Assembly: GCA_965216325.1 (NCBI GenBank)
Contig: OZ244160.1
Location: 1,888,001-1,952,000 of the forward strand
Reading direction: 5' to 3'
Source of the DNA: Coraliomargarita sp.
Lineage (GTDB): Bacteria; Verrucomicrobiota; Verrucomicrobiia; Opitutales; Coraliomargaritaceae
DNA: 64,000 nt
Under the pieces are notes generated by a model that saw only the letters and a list, made by a program, of their open reading frames with translations, was not told where the DNA came from and searched no databases. Shown here one piece after another: positions 1-12,341 of the stretch; positions within the stretch are counted from its first letter, which is position 1; every line of letters starts with the position of its first letter. Made by a program: the position numbers and the translations under genes.

Positions 1-1633
<1,633 letters not shown>

Positions 1634-1648
1634 TTGAAATTAAATATC

Positions 1649-1674
1649 AACATATCGTGATATCTTGATATGTT
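1649..1674. promoter_or_regulatory. Palindromic operator upstream of metH (SahR/ArsR-type-like)
   Basis: AACATATCGTGATATCTTGATATGTT is a 26-bp near-perfect palindrome 15 bp upstream of the metH start. Confidence 0.6.
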
Positions 1675-1794
1675 AATGCAAGTCTTGAATTGGTCGTCTC
1701 TAGGGGCGGCAGCTTTCGGAAAAGTGTGGCGGTCGCGATCAAATTCTCAAATAGGTATTGGCGAGTTCGATGGAACTGTTCAGAAACGGTGCCA

Positions 1795-2403
1795 ATGGAA
1801 AAAGTGGATGCAGGGATTTCGAAGGAATGGCGTCGTCGCATGCTATTCATGTTGTTCATGGTTTCGGGCATTGCTGCTTGGTTTCTGTATGATGGCTACA
1901 TCACATGGCCGGCAGAGGATCAGCGCTTCGATGTCTACTCCGAGATCAAGCAAGGCTTGGTCGACGCGGGTAAGATTGATGCCGAGGTGGAGCATGACGA
2001 TAGTGATGCCCTGAAGATTGCTTGGAAGCGTCACGCCGAGGCCAATGGCTACAAGATTGATCCCCCCAAGGAGCGCACGGACAGCGCAATTCGCGAACAG
2101 CGGGTCATCGGCTGGGTGATGATGTCGGGGGCAGCTGTGTTTGGGCTCTGGATTTTATGGAATCACCGTCTACGGATTACGACGGAGGGCGATACGGTGA
2201 TCGGTGTCTCTGGTCAGCGTGTTGAGATTGATTCAATTGTTGGCATGGACCGTAAGAAGTGGGACAACAAGGGAATTGCCTACGCGATCTACGAGATCGA
2301 CGGAAAGCAGAAGCGCCTTTGCCTCGACGAGCACAAATTCAAGGGCTGCGAAGCGATCATCCTTGAAGCCGAGCGTCGGATTGAAGCGCGTAAGGGCAGT
2401 TGA
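1795..2403 (+). CDS. Hypothetical membrane protein (two TM segments)
   Basis: ORF 1690..2403 with likely start at ATG 1795 (MEKVDAG). Two hydrophobic segments (MLFMLFMVSGIAAWFLY; VIGWVMMSGAAVFGLWILW). Confidence 0.7.
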   Translation: MEKVDAGISKEWRRRMLFMLFMVSGIAAWFLYDGYITWPAEDQRFDVYSEIKQGLVDAGKIDAEVEHDDSDALKIAWKRHAEANGYKIDPPKERTDSAIREQRVIGWVMMSGAAVFGLWILWNHRLRITTEGDTVIGVSGQRVEIDSIVGMDRKKWDNKGIAYAIYEIDGKQKRLCLDEHKFKGCEAIILEAERRIEARKGS

Positions 2404-4683
2404 TTATTCTGAGATCGCTTCGTAGCGAATGCGGACGAATCCTTGCTGGTCCATGGGGCTCGGGAGGCGAATTTCCGCCCAAGTATATCCGTCTTCGGAT
2501 GGCGGATTGAGGACCAGATCCGATTCGAAGTTTGGGTCATTGTCGCTGCGCCAAATAGCTGTCCAGTCTGCATCAGTTAGCTCTGCCTTATGCTCAATCA
2601 CAGCAGCATAGCCGACTTTGATATAGCTATAGTAAAACCGAATGGAGAGATACTGATTATTCTGTGCATCTTCATGTTCAGTCAGTGCTATGGGGTGTAT
2701 GGCGTCGCTTGCATCCAGCGGACTGCTGTTGTTGAGCCACTCTAGCAGTGTTGGCTGCCCGTCGTTATCGCTATCAATGAACTGAATGTTATTGTTGTGC
2801 CAAGAATCCGGAAAATAATGGATTAACCAACCCTGAAAGCTGGTCCAGTGATGCGTTCGAACTGTCATCACAGATGGGCTTCCAAGCATGTGCTCGTAGC
2901 CTTCTTCGGCAACTAGGCGAAGTGTGACAAGTGTCGGCTGGCTAACATTCTGATCGTCGTATCCGTTTACGTAGATGGTGTCATAACCGAGGCCTTGAAA
3001 ATTGAAAGCATTATCAGGGAAGACATCGAGACTGTCTGCGATCTGCTGCGTTTCAGCTTCTTTTTCGATATGTAGATCTATGAACTCAGCAGCATCACTG
3101 TCATAAAGCACTTTGGTGATTGCGCGAGCAGGTTCTGGCCAAGGATTTCCGTCTCTGAGCACTTCGAGATGGCTCTTCTCGAAGCGAACGGCAGGTGGCG
3201 GGTCTTTATCGACTAGAATGATTTCGATCTCAGAGGGTTCTCCGACTGCATAGCCGTGACCAGAGCGGATACGATACACGATGCGTCGCAGGCCTTGGTA
3301 GCCCCAATCCTCTTGTTGAGATCGCACTGATACTTCGGTGTGGTTGGGGCCATCCCATGGGAGGGGGATGGGGTTGGGAATTCGTCGAATTGCCGCATCG
3401 TCAAACTCAAAGTCGGTTTCTATGACTTCTAAGAAGACGTCAATGGGTGAATCTGGAGCTTCGTCTATCTGTATATTAAAGTTTGCTGAGTAGGCGCCGT
3501 CTTCGATGAGCGTTATGGATGCGCGATCAAAGTAGACTGCGTTCGGTGTATTTGTCGCTGGCGCTGTATGAAAGCGTGCAATCCGGTTGTGGTTGGTCGC
3601 GGGTGACTCCCAATCGCTGTCCAGCGATGTAAACGCACCGGCAAAGTATAGATAATTATCGTGGACCAATGTAGGCCCAATCCAAGATGACGGTTCGAAG
3701 GGGGCGGCGATGGAGTCATCCGGATCTCCAGAATCATCAAGAACAACTATATTATAGATGTTTGAAGTGCCATAAAAGTCTCCAGTGGCAACGATTCGAC
3801 CATCAGGGAGTTCATTGAGGTCATAGATTTCGTGGAGAGGTGCGTAAAAAGTAGTGTCTTCGCTGCCATCGCTATTGTGGCGGTATAAGCCTCCGACCCC
3901 ACCAATGAGGATTTTGCCATCTGAGGTGAGGAGGGTGCTCTCAACATAGTCGTAATTGGAGAAATCATACTGTAACGAGCTGTCGATCCTGCCATTGGCC
4001 AAAAATTTGGTAACGTCATATGGCTCGAAATCCCCTGCAGCTAACACATCTCCGCTGGGGAAGACTTCGATCTGGTCAATCCACTCGTCTGAGGCAAAGA
4101 CGTGGTCGAATGTGACATTAGGATCCAAACTGCCGTCGCCTCGGAGTTTGGCAATTCGCGAGCGGGGCACCTCATCATAGTGGTCGAAGTTGCCACCGAT
4201 AATATAGCCGCCGTCCCCGGAGTGTTCGATGTGCTTGATGCGGGCGTCGGCACCGACGCCATTGGCGAAGTGTTCGTCCAAACTGCCGTTGGCTCGAATT
4301 CGGGCGATGTTGCCGCGGTCCACTCCGTTGAAGCTGCCGAAATCACCGACGATAATGATCGAGTCGTCTGACAGCACCAGTAGATCGGTGACATAATTGT
4401 AGCTGCCATTGGCGAGGCCTGTGCCAATGTTGAAGCTTTGATCGAGCGTGCCATCTTGAAAAAATCGTGCGAGGCCACGTGAGCTGGACCCTTCAGCGGT
4501 GGTAAACAGGCCGCCTGCAATCAGGCGTTTTGCACTGTCCAAGCCGAGTGCGTAGACCCGTTCATTGACGCCTTGGTTGCCTGTCATATAGCTGGCGTCT
4601 AGCTCCCAAGTTGCCGCTTTCGCTATGTAGGCGAAGGCGAGTAGGCAGAGTATGACGACAAGGTTCGAGCGTGATGATGCCAT
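2404..4683 (-). CDS. Secreted delta-60 (beta-propeller) repeat protein with Calx-beta/Ig-like domains and a verrucomicrobial-type C-terminal domain
   Basis: Signal peptide; repeats of the type IARxxxdGsLDxxF and DGKILIGG; VxF...E Calx-like segments; tail DSDNDG...LLEW...FVRIRY. Confidence 0.8.
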   Translation of the reverse strand: MASSRSNLVVILCLLAFAYIAKAATWELDASYMTGNQGVNERVYALGLDSAKRLIAGGLFTTAEGSSSRGLARFFQDGTLDQSFNIGTGLANGSYNYVTDLLVLSDDSIIIVGDFGSFNGVDRGNIARIRANGSLDEHFANGVGADARIKHIEHSGDGGYIIGGNFDHYDEVPRSRIAKLRGDGSLDPNVTFDHVFASDEWIDQIEVFPSGDVLAAGDFEPYDVTKFLANGRIDSSLQYDFSNYDYVESTLLTSDGKILIGGVGGLYRHNSDGSEDTTFYAPLHEIYDLNELPDGRIVATGDFYGTSNIYNIVVLDDSGDPDDSIAAPFEPSSWIGPTLVHDNYLYFAGAFTSLDSDWESPATNHNRIARFHTAPATNTPNAVYFDRASITLIEDGAYSANFNIQIDEAPDSPIDVFLEVIETDFEFDDAAIRRIPNPIPLPWDGPNHTEVSVRSQQEDWGYQGLRRIVYRIRSGHGYAVGEPSEIEIILVDKDPPPAVRFEKSHLEVLRDGNPWPEPARAITKVLYDSDAAEFIDLHIEKEAETQQIADSLDVFPDNAFNFQGLGYDTIYVNGYDDQNVSQPTLVTLRLVAEEGYEHMLGSPSVMTVRTHHWTSFQGWLIHYFPDSWHNNNIQFIDSDNDGQPTLLEWLNNSSPLDASDAIHPIALTEHEDAQNNQYLSIRFYYSYIKVGYAAVIEHKAELTDADWTAIWRSDNDPNFESDLVLNPPSEDGYTWAEIRLPSPMDQQGFVRIRYEAISE

Positions 4684-4748
4684 GTTGCCATAGCTAACGA
4701 TCTAGAGGTAATTGCAACACAGAAATAGGATGTCAGGCGTGTGCAAAG

Positions 4749-4776
4749 AAAAACCCCGTGGTTGCCCACGGGGTTT
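4749..4776 (-). terminator. Intrinsic terminator after the small Cys-rich gene
   Basis: AAACCCCGTGG-TTGC-CCACGGGGTTT hairpin followed by a U-tract on the minus strand. Confidence 0.8.
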
Positions 4777-4800
4777 ATAGAAGAGTTGTTGGTGCTCGGA

Positions 4801-5124
4801 CTACGCGAATGAAGCTTGTGAATCCACGCTCAGGCCGTCCTTCGTGTCGGCATCAGTTTTGTCGCCGCCTTTCTTGCTGCCTCCGCAGCCACCGCAACCG
4901 GCTGCGAACAGCTTGCTGTTACTGGTGAGCTTGGAAGCGCCTTCTTTCTTACCGTCTTTGTCTCCGCCACAGCTAGTAGCACAGGCGACAGTCGTTGAGG
5001 ATTCGGTCAGGCCGCTCTTCTTGTCGCCGTCTTTTTTGTCACCAGAGCATCCGGTGCCACAGCTGCCTGCGTATGCGAGTGAAGCGAAAAGTGCGAGGAA
5101 TGTAGTAATGATTAATTTTTTCAT
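4801..5124 (-). CDS. Small secreted low-complexity protein with three Cys-pair cassettes
   Basis: Signal peptide MKKLIITTFLALFASLAYA, then CGTGCSGDKK, CATSCGGDK and CGGCGGSKK; has its own terminator. Confidence 0.75.
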   Translation of the reverse strand: MKKLIITTFLALFASLAYAGSCGTGCSGDKKDGDKKSGLTESSTTVACATSCGGDKDGKKEGASKLTSNSKLFAAGCGGCGGSKKGGDKTDADTKDGLSVDSQASFA

Positions 5125-5233
5125 GGTTGGTAGATCGTTCAGATAGCTATGAGCTTACAGGAGCAGGGAATGTTCCCGAAAATTTATTAAAAGATGGAAT
5201 CGCTCCGTTCCGCTCCTAGGCTTGGTAAAAGAC

Positions 5234-5896
5234 ATGGAATCGCTGAAAAAACTTTTTCCGAATATCGACGATGCGACCTGGCCGGTTCTGGCTGAGTGGG
5301 CGGTGCTGCTGCGCGAGTGGAATGCCAAGATCAACCTGATCTCGCGCAAGGATATTGATCACTTAGAAGACCGGCACCTGTCACACTGCCTCGCGATAAC
5401 CAATCATCTGAAGCTGATGAGTGGGGCGCGGATTATGGATGTGGGGACGGGAGGTGGCTTCCCGGGCGTTTTGATGGCGATTTGCTACCCACAGGCGCAG
5501 TTCACCCTGATCGATTCAATCGGGAAGAAGATTGCCGTGGTGCAGGATTTGATCGATAAGTTGGAGCTGAAAAATGCCGAGGCGCGTCAGTGTCGTGCCG
5601 AGTCGATCAACAAGGAATTCGATTTTATCACGGGCCGTGCGGTGAAGAATTTGCCCGAGTATTTCAGCTGGATTAAGGGCAACCTTCGCAAGGGGCAGCG
5701 CAATTCCATCCCGAACGGTGTGCTCTATTGGAAGGGCGGCGATATGGATGACGAGCTGGAGACCCTCGGTATTCAGCCACGCCTGAAGATTGATCTTCAG
5801 CAGGAGTTGCCGGATCCGTTCTTCGAGCAGAAGTATATCCTCCACTTTGATGCGCGTGATGTACCGAGGGTAAGAGCACCACAGGTGAAGAAGTAA
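5234..5896 (+). CDS. rsmG: 16S rRNA m7G527 methyltransferase
   Basis: [29 protein letters not shown] and TGRAV motifs. Confidence 0.93.
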   Translation: MESLKKLFPNIDDATWPVLAEWAVLLREWNAKINLISRKDIDHLEDRHLSHCLAITNHLKLMSGARIMDVGTGGGFPGVLMAICYPQAQFTLIDSIGKKIAVVQDLIDKLELKNAEARQCRAESINKEFDFITGRAVKNLPEYFSWIKGNLRKGQRNSIPNGVLYWKGGDMDDELETLGIQPRLKIDLQQELPDPFFEQKYILHFDARDVPRVRAPQVKK

Positions 5897-6376
5897 CAGT
5901 CACCTCAACAACTCCTGAATTTCTGGCTTGAGAGGTGCAAGCTGCTTCGAGTCGTTGTTGGCGTAGAGCATCTCCATTTTGCAATTGAAATTGTCTGCGT
6001 CGGGCATCGATTGCTGCGAGTCTGTGTTCGAAACTGTCCTACTTTTGAACAATGCTATGCACAACTGTGTTCATTTTTGTGAGCACATCAGAGCGAGATT
6101 CATTTTTTTATCGTGTGAAAAAATTTGAGCTTGGCTGTCGGCGTGTGGTGGCTAGTGAGATGAGCTTGGACGGTACGCGTTGTTTCCGTCCCTGCTGGGT
6201 TTGGATTGTAAGGTGCAGTAATCCAGTGGTTTATGGTTTAGGAGGGGTTGGGTTTTTAAGCTTATTAGCGTGACTTATTTGCGGCGCTATAGTGATGAGT
6301 GCGGCTAGAGGTATGGATGCTCATGCATTAATTGAATTCATGTGTGGATTAAAAAATATAAATCCATCCGTAATCT

Positions 6377-6392
6377 TGGCATCGGACAAGCT
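6377..6392 (+). promoter_or_regulatory. Putative sigma54 (-24/-12) promoter of the urea locus
   Basis: TGGCATCGGACAAGCT has GG-N10-GC spacing and lies about 60 bp upstream of the porin ATG; the -12 element is AAGC rather than TTGC. Confidence 0.55.
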
Positions 6393-6450
6393 AAGTGACA
6401 GCTGCGTGACTAAACTGAAACGCAACAACAAATAACTAAGCAAAAAACTA

Positions 6451-7245
6451 ATGAAATTGAAAAACTCACTTATTGCTGGCGCTACCTGCGCGGCTCTTTC
6501 GTTGTCTTCTCAGCTAATGGCTGAGGAGGAAAGCCCATGGTCTTTCTCTGCATCGTTGGACTTCAACTCACACTTCATGTCATACGGTGTGAATGTCTGG
6601 GGTGATGAAACTGAGGATATCGGTGATGATATTCTCTTTCAGCCTTCTGCACAGATCGACTATGCGATCTCTGATACGCAGGGTGTCTATGTGGGTATCT
6701 GGGCCGACATTAATAGCATTGCCACTGGAGACATCGACTGGGCCTCAGGGCTTGGGAGTGACATCCAAGAGATTGACGTATGGTTAGGTTACTGGATCAC
6801 GTCCGGCGACTTTACCGTAGATTTCACACTTCAGCAGTGGTATTATGCGGGTGAGACCGAGGGGATCTTCGACATCACCGTGTCGTATGACACGATGTTC
6901 TCACCCTACATTAAGATTCACAATCGTATCGAGGCAGTCGGTGATCAGAATAAGGGCACTATTTACGAAGTGGGTGGCACGCTCTATGAGGGTGAATACG
7001 AGGGCTTGTCCTACTCGTTCTCGGCGGGTGCTGCGTTCAACTTTGATGAGTATCACGTCGATGATGAAGACGGTTACGCTTATGCATTCATCGGTGCGAG
7101 CGCGAGCTATGTCATCTACAGCTCTGACAGCTTGGATGTCGATCTGCATGGTGGACTCACATACTACGACACAGATAAGGACAACACAGGTAATGCTGAA
7201 AGTGGTTACCTGACTGCTAACTTCGGTATTGGCTTTAGTTTCTAA
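6451..7245 (+). CDS. Outer-membrane beta-barrel protein (TorF-like putative porin)
   Basis: Signal peptide, alternating beta-strand pattern, EIDVWLGY motif, C-terminal GIGFSF; first gene of the urea locus. Confidence 0.7.
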   Translation: MKLKNSLIAGATCAALSLSSQLMAEEESPWSFSASLDFNSHFMSYGVNVWGDETEDIGDDILFQPSAQIDYAISDTQGVYVGIWADINSIATGDIDWASGLGSDIQEIDVWLGYWITSGDFTVDFTLQQWYYAGETEGIFDITVSYDTMFSPYIKIHNRIEAVGDQNKGTIYEVGGTLYEGEYEGLSYSFSAGAAFNFDEYHVDDEDGYAYAFIGASASYVIYSSDSLDVDLHGGLTYYDTDKDNTGNAESGYLTANFGIGFSF

Positions 7246-7251
7246 TCGATC

Positions 7252-7285
7252 AGCACCCCGTCAGTGAATGACGGGGTGCTTTCTT
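7252..7285 (+). terminator. Hairpin/terminator between porin and urtA
   Basis: AGCACCCCGTCA-GTGAA-TGACGGGGTGCT followed by TTCTT. Confidence 0.65.
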
Positions 7286-7321
7286 ATTCTTGCATTCATT
7301 AAAAACAATTTATCCATAATT

Positions 7322-8587
7322 ATGATCTCTAAACTAACAAAGAAGGCATCAAAGTTTGTAGCGCTTAGTGCCTTGACCGCCGTTACTGCTGGCGTCTCTT
7401 ACGCAGAGGAAGAAACTGTTAAGGTCGGTGTATTGCACTCATTGAGTGGCACGATGGCTATCTCCGAAACATCGCTCCGCGATATTCTACTGTTCACTTT
7501 TGACGAGATCAATGCCAATGGAGGTGTTCTCGGTAAGCAGATCGAGCCAGTTGTGGCTGACGGTGCCTCGGACTGGCCTGTTTTCGCGGAGAAGTCAGAG
7601 CAGCTTTTGGCTAAAGACAAGTGTGCTGCGGTCTTTGGCTGCTGGACATCGGTCAGCCGTAAGTTTGCACTACCGGTTTTCGAAAAATACAAAGGGCTAC
7701 TCTTCTATCCGGTTCAGTATGAGGGTGAGGAAGAGTCACCTAACATCATCTACACTGCTGAGGCTGTTGGTCAGCAGGCGATTCCGGCGGTCGACTACTT
7801 GCTCGCTGAAGGCTACAAGAAGTTCTACCTGATTGGCACCGACTATGTGTATCCGCAGACGACCAATATCGTTCTGTTTGAATACCTCCTCTCCAAGGGG
7901 ATTCCGGTTGAAAACATCGGTGGTGGTATTCGTTACGAAGGCGATGTTGCAGTATCTGCGGGTAATTACACACCGTTCGGTCACACCGATTTCCAGCAGA
8001 TTGTTGCCGAGATCAAGGACTTCGCCGCTTCCGGTGATGCTTGCGTGATCAACACGATCAATGGTGATGCGAACGTTCCGTTCTTCAAGGAAATTGCCGC
8101 GTCGGGCTTGACTTCGGACGACTGCCCGATCGTTTCTTTCTCACTTTCTGAAGATGAGTTTCGCAGTCTTCCGACTAAGGACTTGGTCGGGCATCTGGGT
8201 TGCTGGACATACTTTATGTCGATCGATACGCCAGCGAATGATAAATTCAAGGCTGACTTCCAAACATGGCTTAAGACCAAGGCACCTGACGCGGTGCAAA
8301 AAGAAGGTCGTGTGACCTGTTCACCAATGGTTCTTTCTTATAATGGGGTTTACCTGTGGAAGGCGGCGGTTGAGAAGGCTGGTACATTCGAACCAGAGGC
8401 TGTGATCAAGGCACTTGAGAGCGGCATCTCCTTTGATGGTCCTGGTGGTAAGGTAACCAGCCAAGAAAATCACCATGTAACCAAGAGCGTGTATATTGGT
8501 GAGACACTTGAAGACGGCCAATTTGATATTCTCGAAGTCATTCCTGACGTTTACGGTGAGCCGTGGTTGAAGGGCACGTTCAAGTAG
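7322..8587 (+). CDS. urtA: Urea ABC transporter substrate-binding protein
   Basis: [35 protein letters not shown] and GTDYVYP motifs; start chosen at ATG 7322. Confidence 0.93.
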   Translation: MISKLTKKASKFVALSALTAVTAGVSYAEEETVKVGVLHSLSGTMAISETSLRDILLFTFDEINANGGVLGKQIEPVVADGASDWPVFAEKSEQLLAKDKCAAVFGCWTSVSRKFALPVFEKYKGLLFYPVQYEGEEESPNIIYTAEAVGQQAIPAVDYLLAEGYKKFYLIGTDYVYPQTTNIVLFEYLLSKGIPVENIGGGIRYEGDVAVSAGNYTPFGHTDFQQIVAEIKDFAASGDACVINTINGDANVPFFKEIAASGLTSDDCPIVSFSLSEDEFRSLPTKDLVGHLGCWTYFMSIDTPANDKFKADFQTWLKTKAPDAVQKEGRVTCSPMVLSYNGVYLWKAAVEKAGTFEPEAVIKALESGISFDGPGGKVTSQENHHVTKSVYIGETLEDGQFDILEVIPDVYGEPWLKGTFK

Positions 8588-8628
8588 GTTTTACGATCGT
8601 TCTTCATACTAAGTAGTAGTTTGCATTG

Positions 8629-8666
8629 TGGGGCTTGTGGGATTTTTCCTGCAAGCCCCCTTGTTT
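8629..8666 (+). terminator. Hairpin after urtA
   Basis: GGGGCTTGTGGG...CCTGCAAGCCCC followed by TTGTTT. Confidence 0.55.
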
Positions 8667-8734
8667 GGTGGCGTATGAAGTTTTTTTGAAAAAATCATAA
8701 GACGTGCCCGAAACTTGCTAAACAGGAGTGAGTC

Positions 8735-10387
8735 ATGATAACCGGATTATGTTGTAAGCTTTTGAAGAGGTGCTCCCTAGTGCTTTGTGTTTTAGGATGC
8801 ACGGTATTGGGCGCAGAGCAGCGGAGCGCTCGTTTAATTTTGTCTGAGTTGATTCTCGCTGAGGGTGCAGAGCAAAGTGCGTTGATTGATGAACTTTCAA
8901 ATTCCGGCGATCAGGTGATTGCTGAGATCTACGATGCGTGGCGAACGGGCGGGGTGTATACCTTGGAAGAAGGAGAAGAGGTCAAGCTGCTGCAGTTGAG
9001 TGAAAATCAGCAATGGTCGTTGGTTGCCACCGGAGAGGTGCTCTTGTTAACTGAGGATCAGGCTGCCAGCACGGAGAAGGAGCGTGCATCACGTCGCACG
9101 CGCAAGTTGATGAAGAGTATCATTGATACGCTTGGCTTAAAGGCCGAAGATCCAGCTGTTCGGATCGATTCGGCTATGAAAATGGGGCTTAGCCAAAAAG
9201 CGGAATTCATTGATGCCTTGAAGGAGCGTATCGAAGTGGAGTCCTCCAAGGAAGTGGGGAAGGCGTTTAAAGAAGCTCTTGCGATTAGTCTTTTAAAAAA
9301 TGGTTCTGAGGAGGAGATCTTGTCGGCTATTGACGAGCTTACGGCGATGAAATCAATTGCAGCGCGTGGTTTTATCGAGAAGCTTCTGCAGGCGGAGCAG
9401 GAAGCGGAACGCGCTAAGGGCGATCTTGCTCAAGCCTGTGAGCGTTCACTGCTTACGATAGAATCTCACATAAGAATGTTGGAGTTCTTTGGTAGTTTCT
9501 TCCGTGGCTTTAGCACTGGGTCGGTTCTGCTTATCGTTTCTTTTGGTTTGGCAATAACCTTTGGATTGATGGGGATCATCAATATGGCTCACGGAGAGTT
9601 TGTTGCGATTGGTGGCTACGTGACTTTTATGGTGCAGTCATTTTTCATCAATACATGGGGGATCGGTAGCGCAGCATTTGGTTGGTATTTTGTCGTCTCG
9701 CTGCCGTTGAGCTTTTTAGTGGCTGCAGCGATTGGCTTATTACTAGAGAAGTCGATTATTCGTTTCCTATACCGCCGGCCACTTGAGTCACTGCTGTGCA
9801 CTTGGGGTGTTTCAATGGTCATGCAGCAATGCTTTCGGCTCATCTTTGGTGCGGCCAATGTACAGGTAAACAATCCGGGGTGGTTGATGGGCAATCTCAG
9901 TGTCGGTGGATTTAGCATGAGTTACACACGACTTTTTATCATGCTACTGGCGCTTGTCGTGGTGATCATGACCTGGTTTTTACTCCGGAAAACCAACTTA
10001 GGTCTGCATATTCGAGCAGTTATGCAGAATCGTGGTATGGCAAGCAGTCTGGGAATTCCTGTGGCACGTGTGAACTCAATGACTTTTGCACTTGGCTGTG
10101 GCTTGGCTGCCTTGGGTGGCTCCGCACTCTCACAGATTGGTAATGTTGGGCCGTTGATGGGGCAGGCTTACATCGTTGATAGTTTCATGGTGGTGGTCAT
10201 CGGTAGCGTGGGGAATCTCCTCGGTGCTGGACTTTCGGCCATGGGAATCGGGCTGGTCGATCAGTTGCTACAGCCGTCCTTGGGCCCGGTAATGGGTAAG
10301 ATCACGGTGTTCTTTGTCATTATCCTGTTCCTCCAGTGGCGTCCTGGTGGCTTGTTCCCGACGCGCTCTCGTAGCTTGGACGATTAG
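8735..10387 (+). CDS. urtB: Urea ABC transporter permease with long helical N-terminal domain
   Basis: [27 protein letters not shown] and IVDSFMVVV motifs. Confidence 0.92.
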   Translation: MITGLCCKLLKRCSLVLCVLGCTVLGAEQRSARLILSELILAEGAEQSALIDELSNSGDQVIAEIYDAWRTGGVYTLEEGEEVKLLQLSENQQWSLVATGEVLLLTEDQAASTEKERASRRTRKLMKSIIDTLGLKAEDPAVRIDSAMKMGLSQKAEFIDALKERIEVESSKEVGKAFKEALAISLLKNGSEEEILSAIDELTAMKSIAARGFIEKLLQAEQEAERAKGDLAQACERSLLTIESHIRMLEFFGSFFRGFSTGSVLLIVSFGLAITFGLMGIINMAHGEFVAIGGYVTFMVQSFFINTWGIGSAAFGWYFVVSLPLSFLVAAAIGLLLEKSIIRFLYRRPLESLLCTWGVSMVMQQCFRLIFGAANVQVNNPGWLMGNLSVGGFSMSYTRLFIMLLALVVVIMTWFLLRKTNLGLHIRAVMQNRGMASSLGIPVARVNSMTFALGCGLAALGGSALSQIGNVGPLMGQAYIVDSFMVVVIGSVGNLLGAGLSAMGIGLVDQLLQPSLGPVMGKITVFFVIILFLQWRPGGLFPTRSRSLDD

Positions 10388-10408
10388 ATCAACGGCTTTG
10401 TTTTAAGT

Positions 10409-11518
10409 ATGCTTTCTACAGATAATAAAAAAGAGATCGGTATCTTTGGTCTTGTTGCCAGCTTGTTGATGTTGGTTCCGATGCTGAATGCATGGGGGCC
10501 GGAGTCAGGCATTATGTCGGTCAGTCCATTTCAGGTATCGCTCTGGGGCAAGTATCTGACCTATGCGGTTTTGGCGATGAGCCTTAATTTGCTCTGGGGT
10601 TACACGGGCTTGCTCTGTCTTTGTCAGAGTTTGTTCTTCGCGCTGGGCGGTTATATGATGGGCATGTATCTGATGCTCATGATCGGTGAGCGTGGCGCAT
10701 ATGGTAGCGTCCTGCCCGACTTCATGGTCTTTCTGGGGTATCAGGAGTTACCGCTCCACTGGAAACCCTTCTACAACTTTTGGTTTGCCAGTGGAGCGGT
10801 GCTCTGGGTGCCGGGATTGGTCGCGCTTCTCTTTGGCTTCCTAGCATTCCGCTCACGTATCAAAGGGGTGTATTTCTCGATCCTGACGCAGGCCCTGACC
10901 TACGCCTGCTGTTTGTTGTTTTTCCGCAATGATTTCACTTTTGGCGGCAACAATGGCTTCACGGACTTCAAGGACATCCTTGGGATGGACCTCAATTCCG
11001 CCAGCACGACGCGCTACCTGTATATCGCGACCGCGCTCTTGCTACTGCTAACTTACGCAATCACCTCCGGCTTACTGAGGTCAAAGTTGGGCAAGGTGCA
11101 GCAGGCGATTCGTGATTCGGAAAACCGCGTGTTGTTTTCGGGCTATTCGACAACGAGTTTTAAGCTGATGATCTTTGTGCTCTCCGCAATGATCGCGGGT
11201 GCAGCCGGAGCGCTCTACGTGCCTCAGGTCGGTGGGATCAATCCCAGTGCGATGGAGGCGGCGAAGTCATTAGAGGTGGTGGTCTGGGTCGCAGTTGGGG
11301 GACGCGGAACCAAGTGGGGGCCCGTGATTGGCGCCATCCTTGTAAATATGCTCAAGAGTTATACCACACAGGCGTTTCCGGACTATTGGTTGATTATCAT
11401 GGGCGGACTCTTCGTCTTTGTCGTCTTGGTCATGCCGGACGGTTTGGTCGGTGTGTTCAAGCAGGCCAAGGGGTGGATTGCCCAGAAGCGTTCACTCCAA
11501 ACCGAGGCAGCTGCGTAA
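10409..11518 (+). CDS. urtC: Urea ABC transporter permease
   Basis: [32 protein letters not shown] and WVAVGGRG motifs. Confidence 0.92.
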   Translation: MLSTDNKKEIGIFGLVASLLMLVPMLNAWGPESGIMSVSPFQVSLWGKYLTYAVLAMSLNLLWGYTGLLCLCQSLFFALGGYMMGMYLMLMIGERGAYGSVLPDFMVFLGYQELPLHWKPFYNFWFASGAVLWVPGLVALLFGFLAFRSRIKGVYFSILTQALTYACCLLFFRNDFTFGGNNGFTDFKDILGMDLNSASTTRYLYIATALLLLLTYAITSGLLRSKLGKVQQAIRDSENRVLFSGYSTTSFKLMIFVLSAMIAGAAGALYVPQVGGINPSAMEAAKSLEVVVWVAVGGRGTKWGPVIGAILVNMLKSYTTQAFPDYWLIIMGGLFVFVVLVMPDGLVGVFKQAKGWIAQKRSLQTEAAA

Positions 11519-11522
11519 CATC

Positions 11523-12332
11523 ATGACTGGACTACATCACGATCCACTTTACCGCGATACACCGCTGATTCTATCTGTTTCCGGTGTCGATAAATCCTTC
11601 GATGGTTTTAAGGCGATCAACGATCTCAACTTTTATTTGGAAGAAGGCGAGTTGCGCACGATCATTGGTCCGAATGGGGCAGGCAAGAGCACCTTCATGG
11701 ACATCATCACCGGTCGGACGGTGCCTGATACCGGATCGGTCACTTTCCATGGCAAAGACGGGCACGACATCAATCTCGCCAAGATGCGTGAGTTTGAAAT
11801 CAACCGACTCGGCATCGGCCGCAAGTTTCAGACGCCCAGTGTCTATAGGTCGCATACGGTCTATGACAACCTCGTGCTCTCGCTTAATCATGATCGTGGT
11901 GTCTTCAAGACGCTCTTTTACAAGGAGAGCGCTGAGGATAAGGAGCGCATCATGGAAGTGTTGAAGACGATTCGCCTCGAATCCCGAGTGAATGATCTGG
12001 CTGGCATGCTATCGCATGGACAGAAACAATGGTTGGAGATCGGCATGCTGCTGGCGCAGGATCCGAGTATCTTGCTGATCGACGAGCCTGCTGCTGGGAT
12101 GAGCGACGAAGAGACTGAGCGCACAGGCGAGCTCTTGCTGAGCCTTGAAAAGAAACACAGCTTGATTGTGATCGAGCATGACATGGAGTTTATCCGCCAG
12201 ATCGCACGCAAGGTGACGGTGCTGCATCAAGGTCATGTTCTCAAGGAAGGAACCTTCGACAAGGTTAAATCAGACCCTGAAGTCATCGAGGTCTATCTCG
12301 GTCGTCAGGGAAAGAAGGACGCAAACAACTAG
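11523..12332 (+). CDS. urtD: Urea ABC transporter ATP-binding protein
   Basis: GPNGAGKST, GRKFQTP and LSHGQKQWLEIG motifs; start chosen at ATG 11523. Confidence 0.92.
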   Translation: MTGLHHDPLYRDTPLILSVSGVDKSFDGFKAINDLNFYLEEGELRTIIGPNGAGKSTFMDIITGRTVPDTGSVTFHGKDGHDINLAKMREFEINRLGIGRKFQTPSVYRSHTVYDNLVLSLNHDRGVFKTLFYKESAEDKERIMEVLKTIRLESRVNDLAGMLSHGQKQWLEIGMLLAQDPSILLIDEPAAGMSDEETERTGELLLSLEKKHSLIVIEHDMEFIRQIARKVTVLHQGHVLKEGTFDKVKSDPEVIEVYLGRQGKKDANN

Positions 12333-12341
12333 TATGGACCA

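Noticed and set aside
1634..1794. SAM or cobalamin riboswitch upstream of metH
   Set aside because: The region is short and no conserved riboswitch core was recognised.
8703..8720. Possible internal sigma54 promoter GTGCCCGAAACTTGCTA before urtB
   Set aside because: It lacks the invariant GG at -24.
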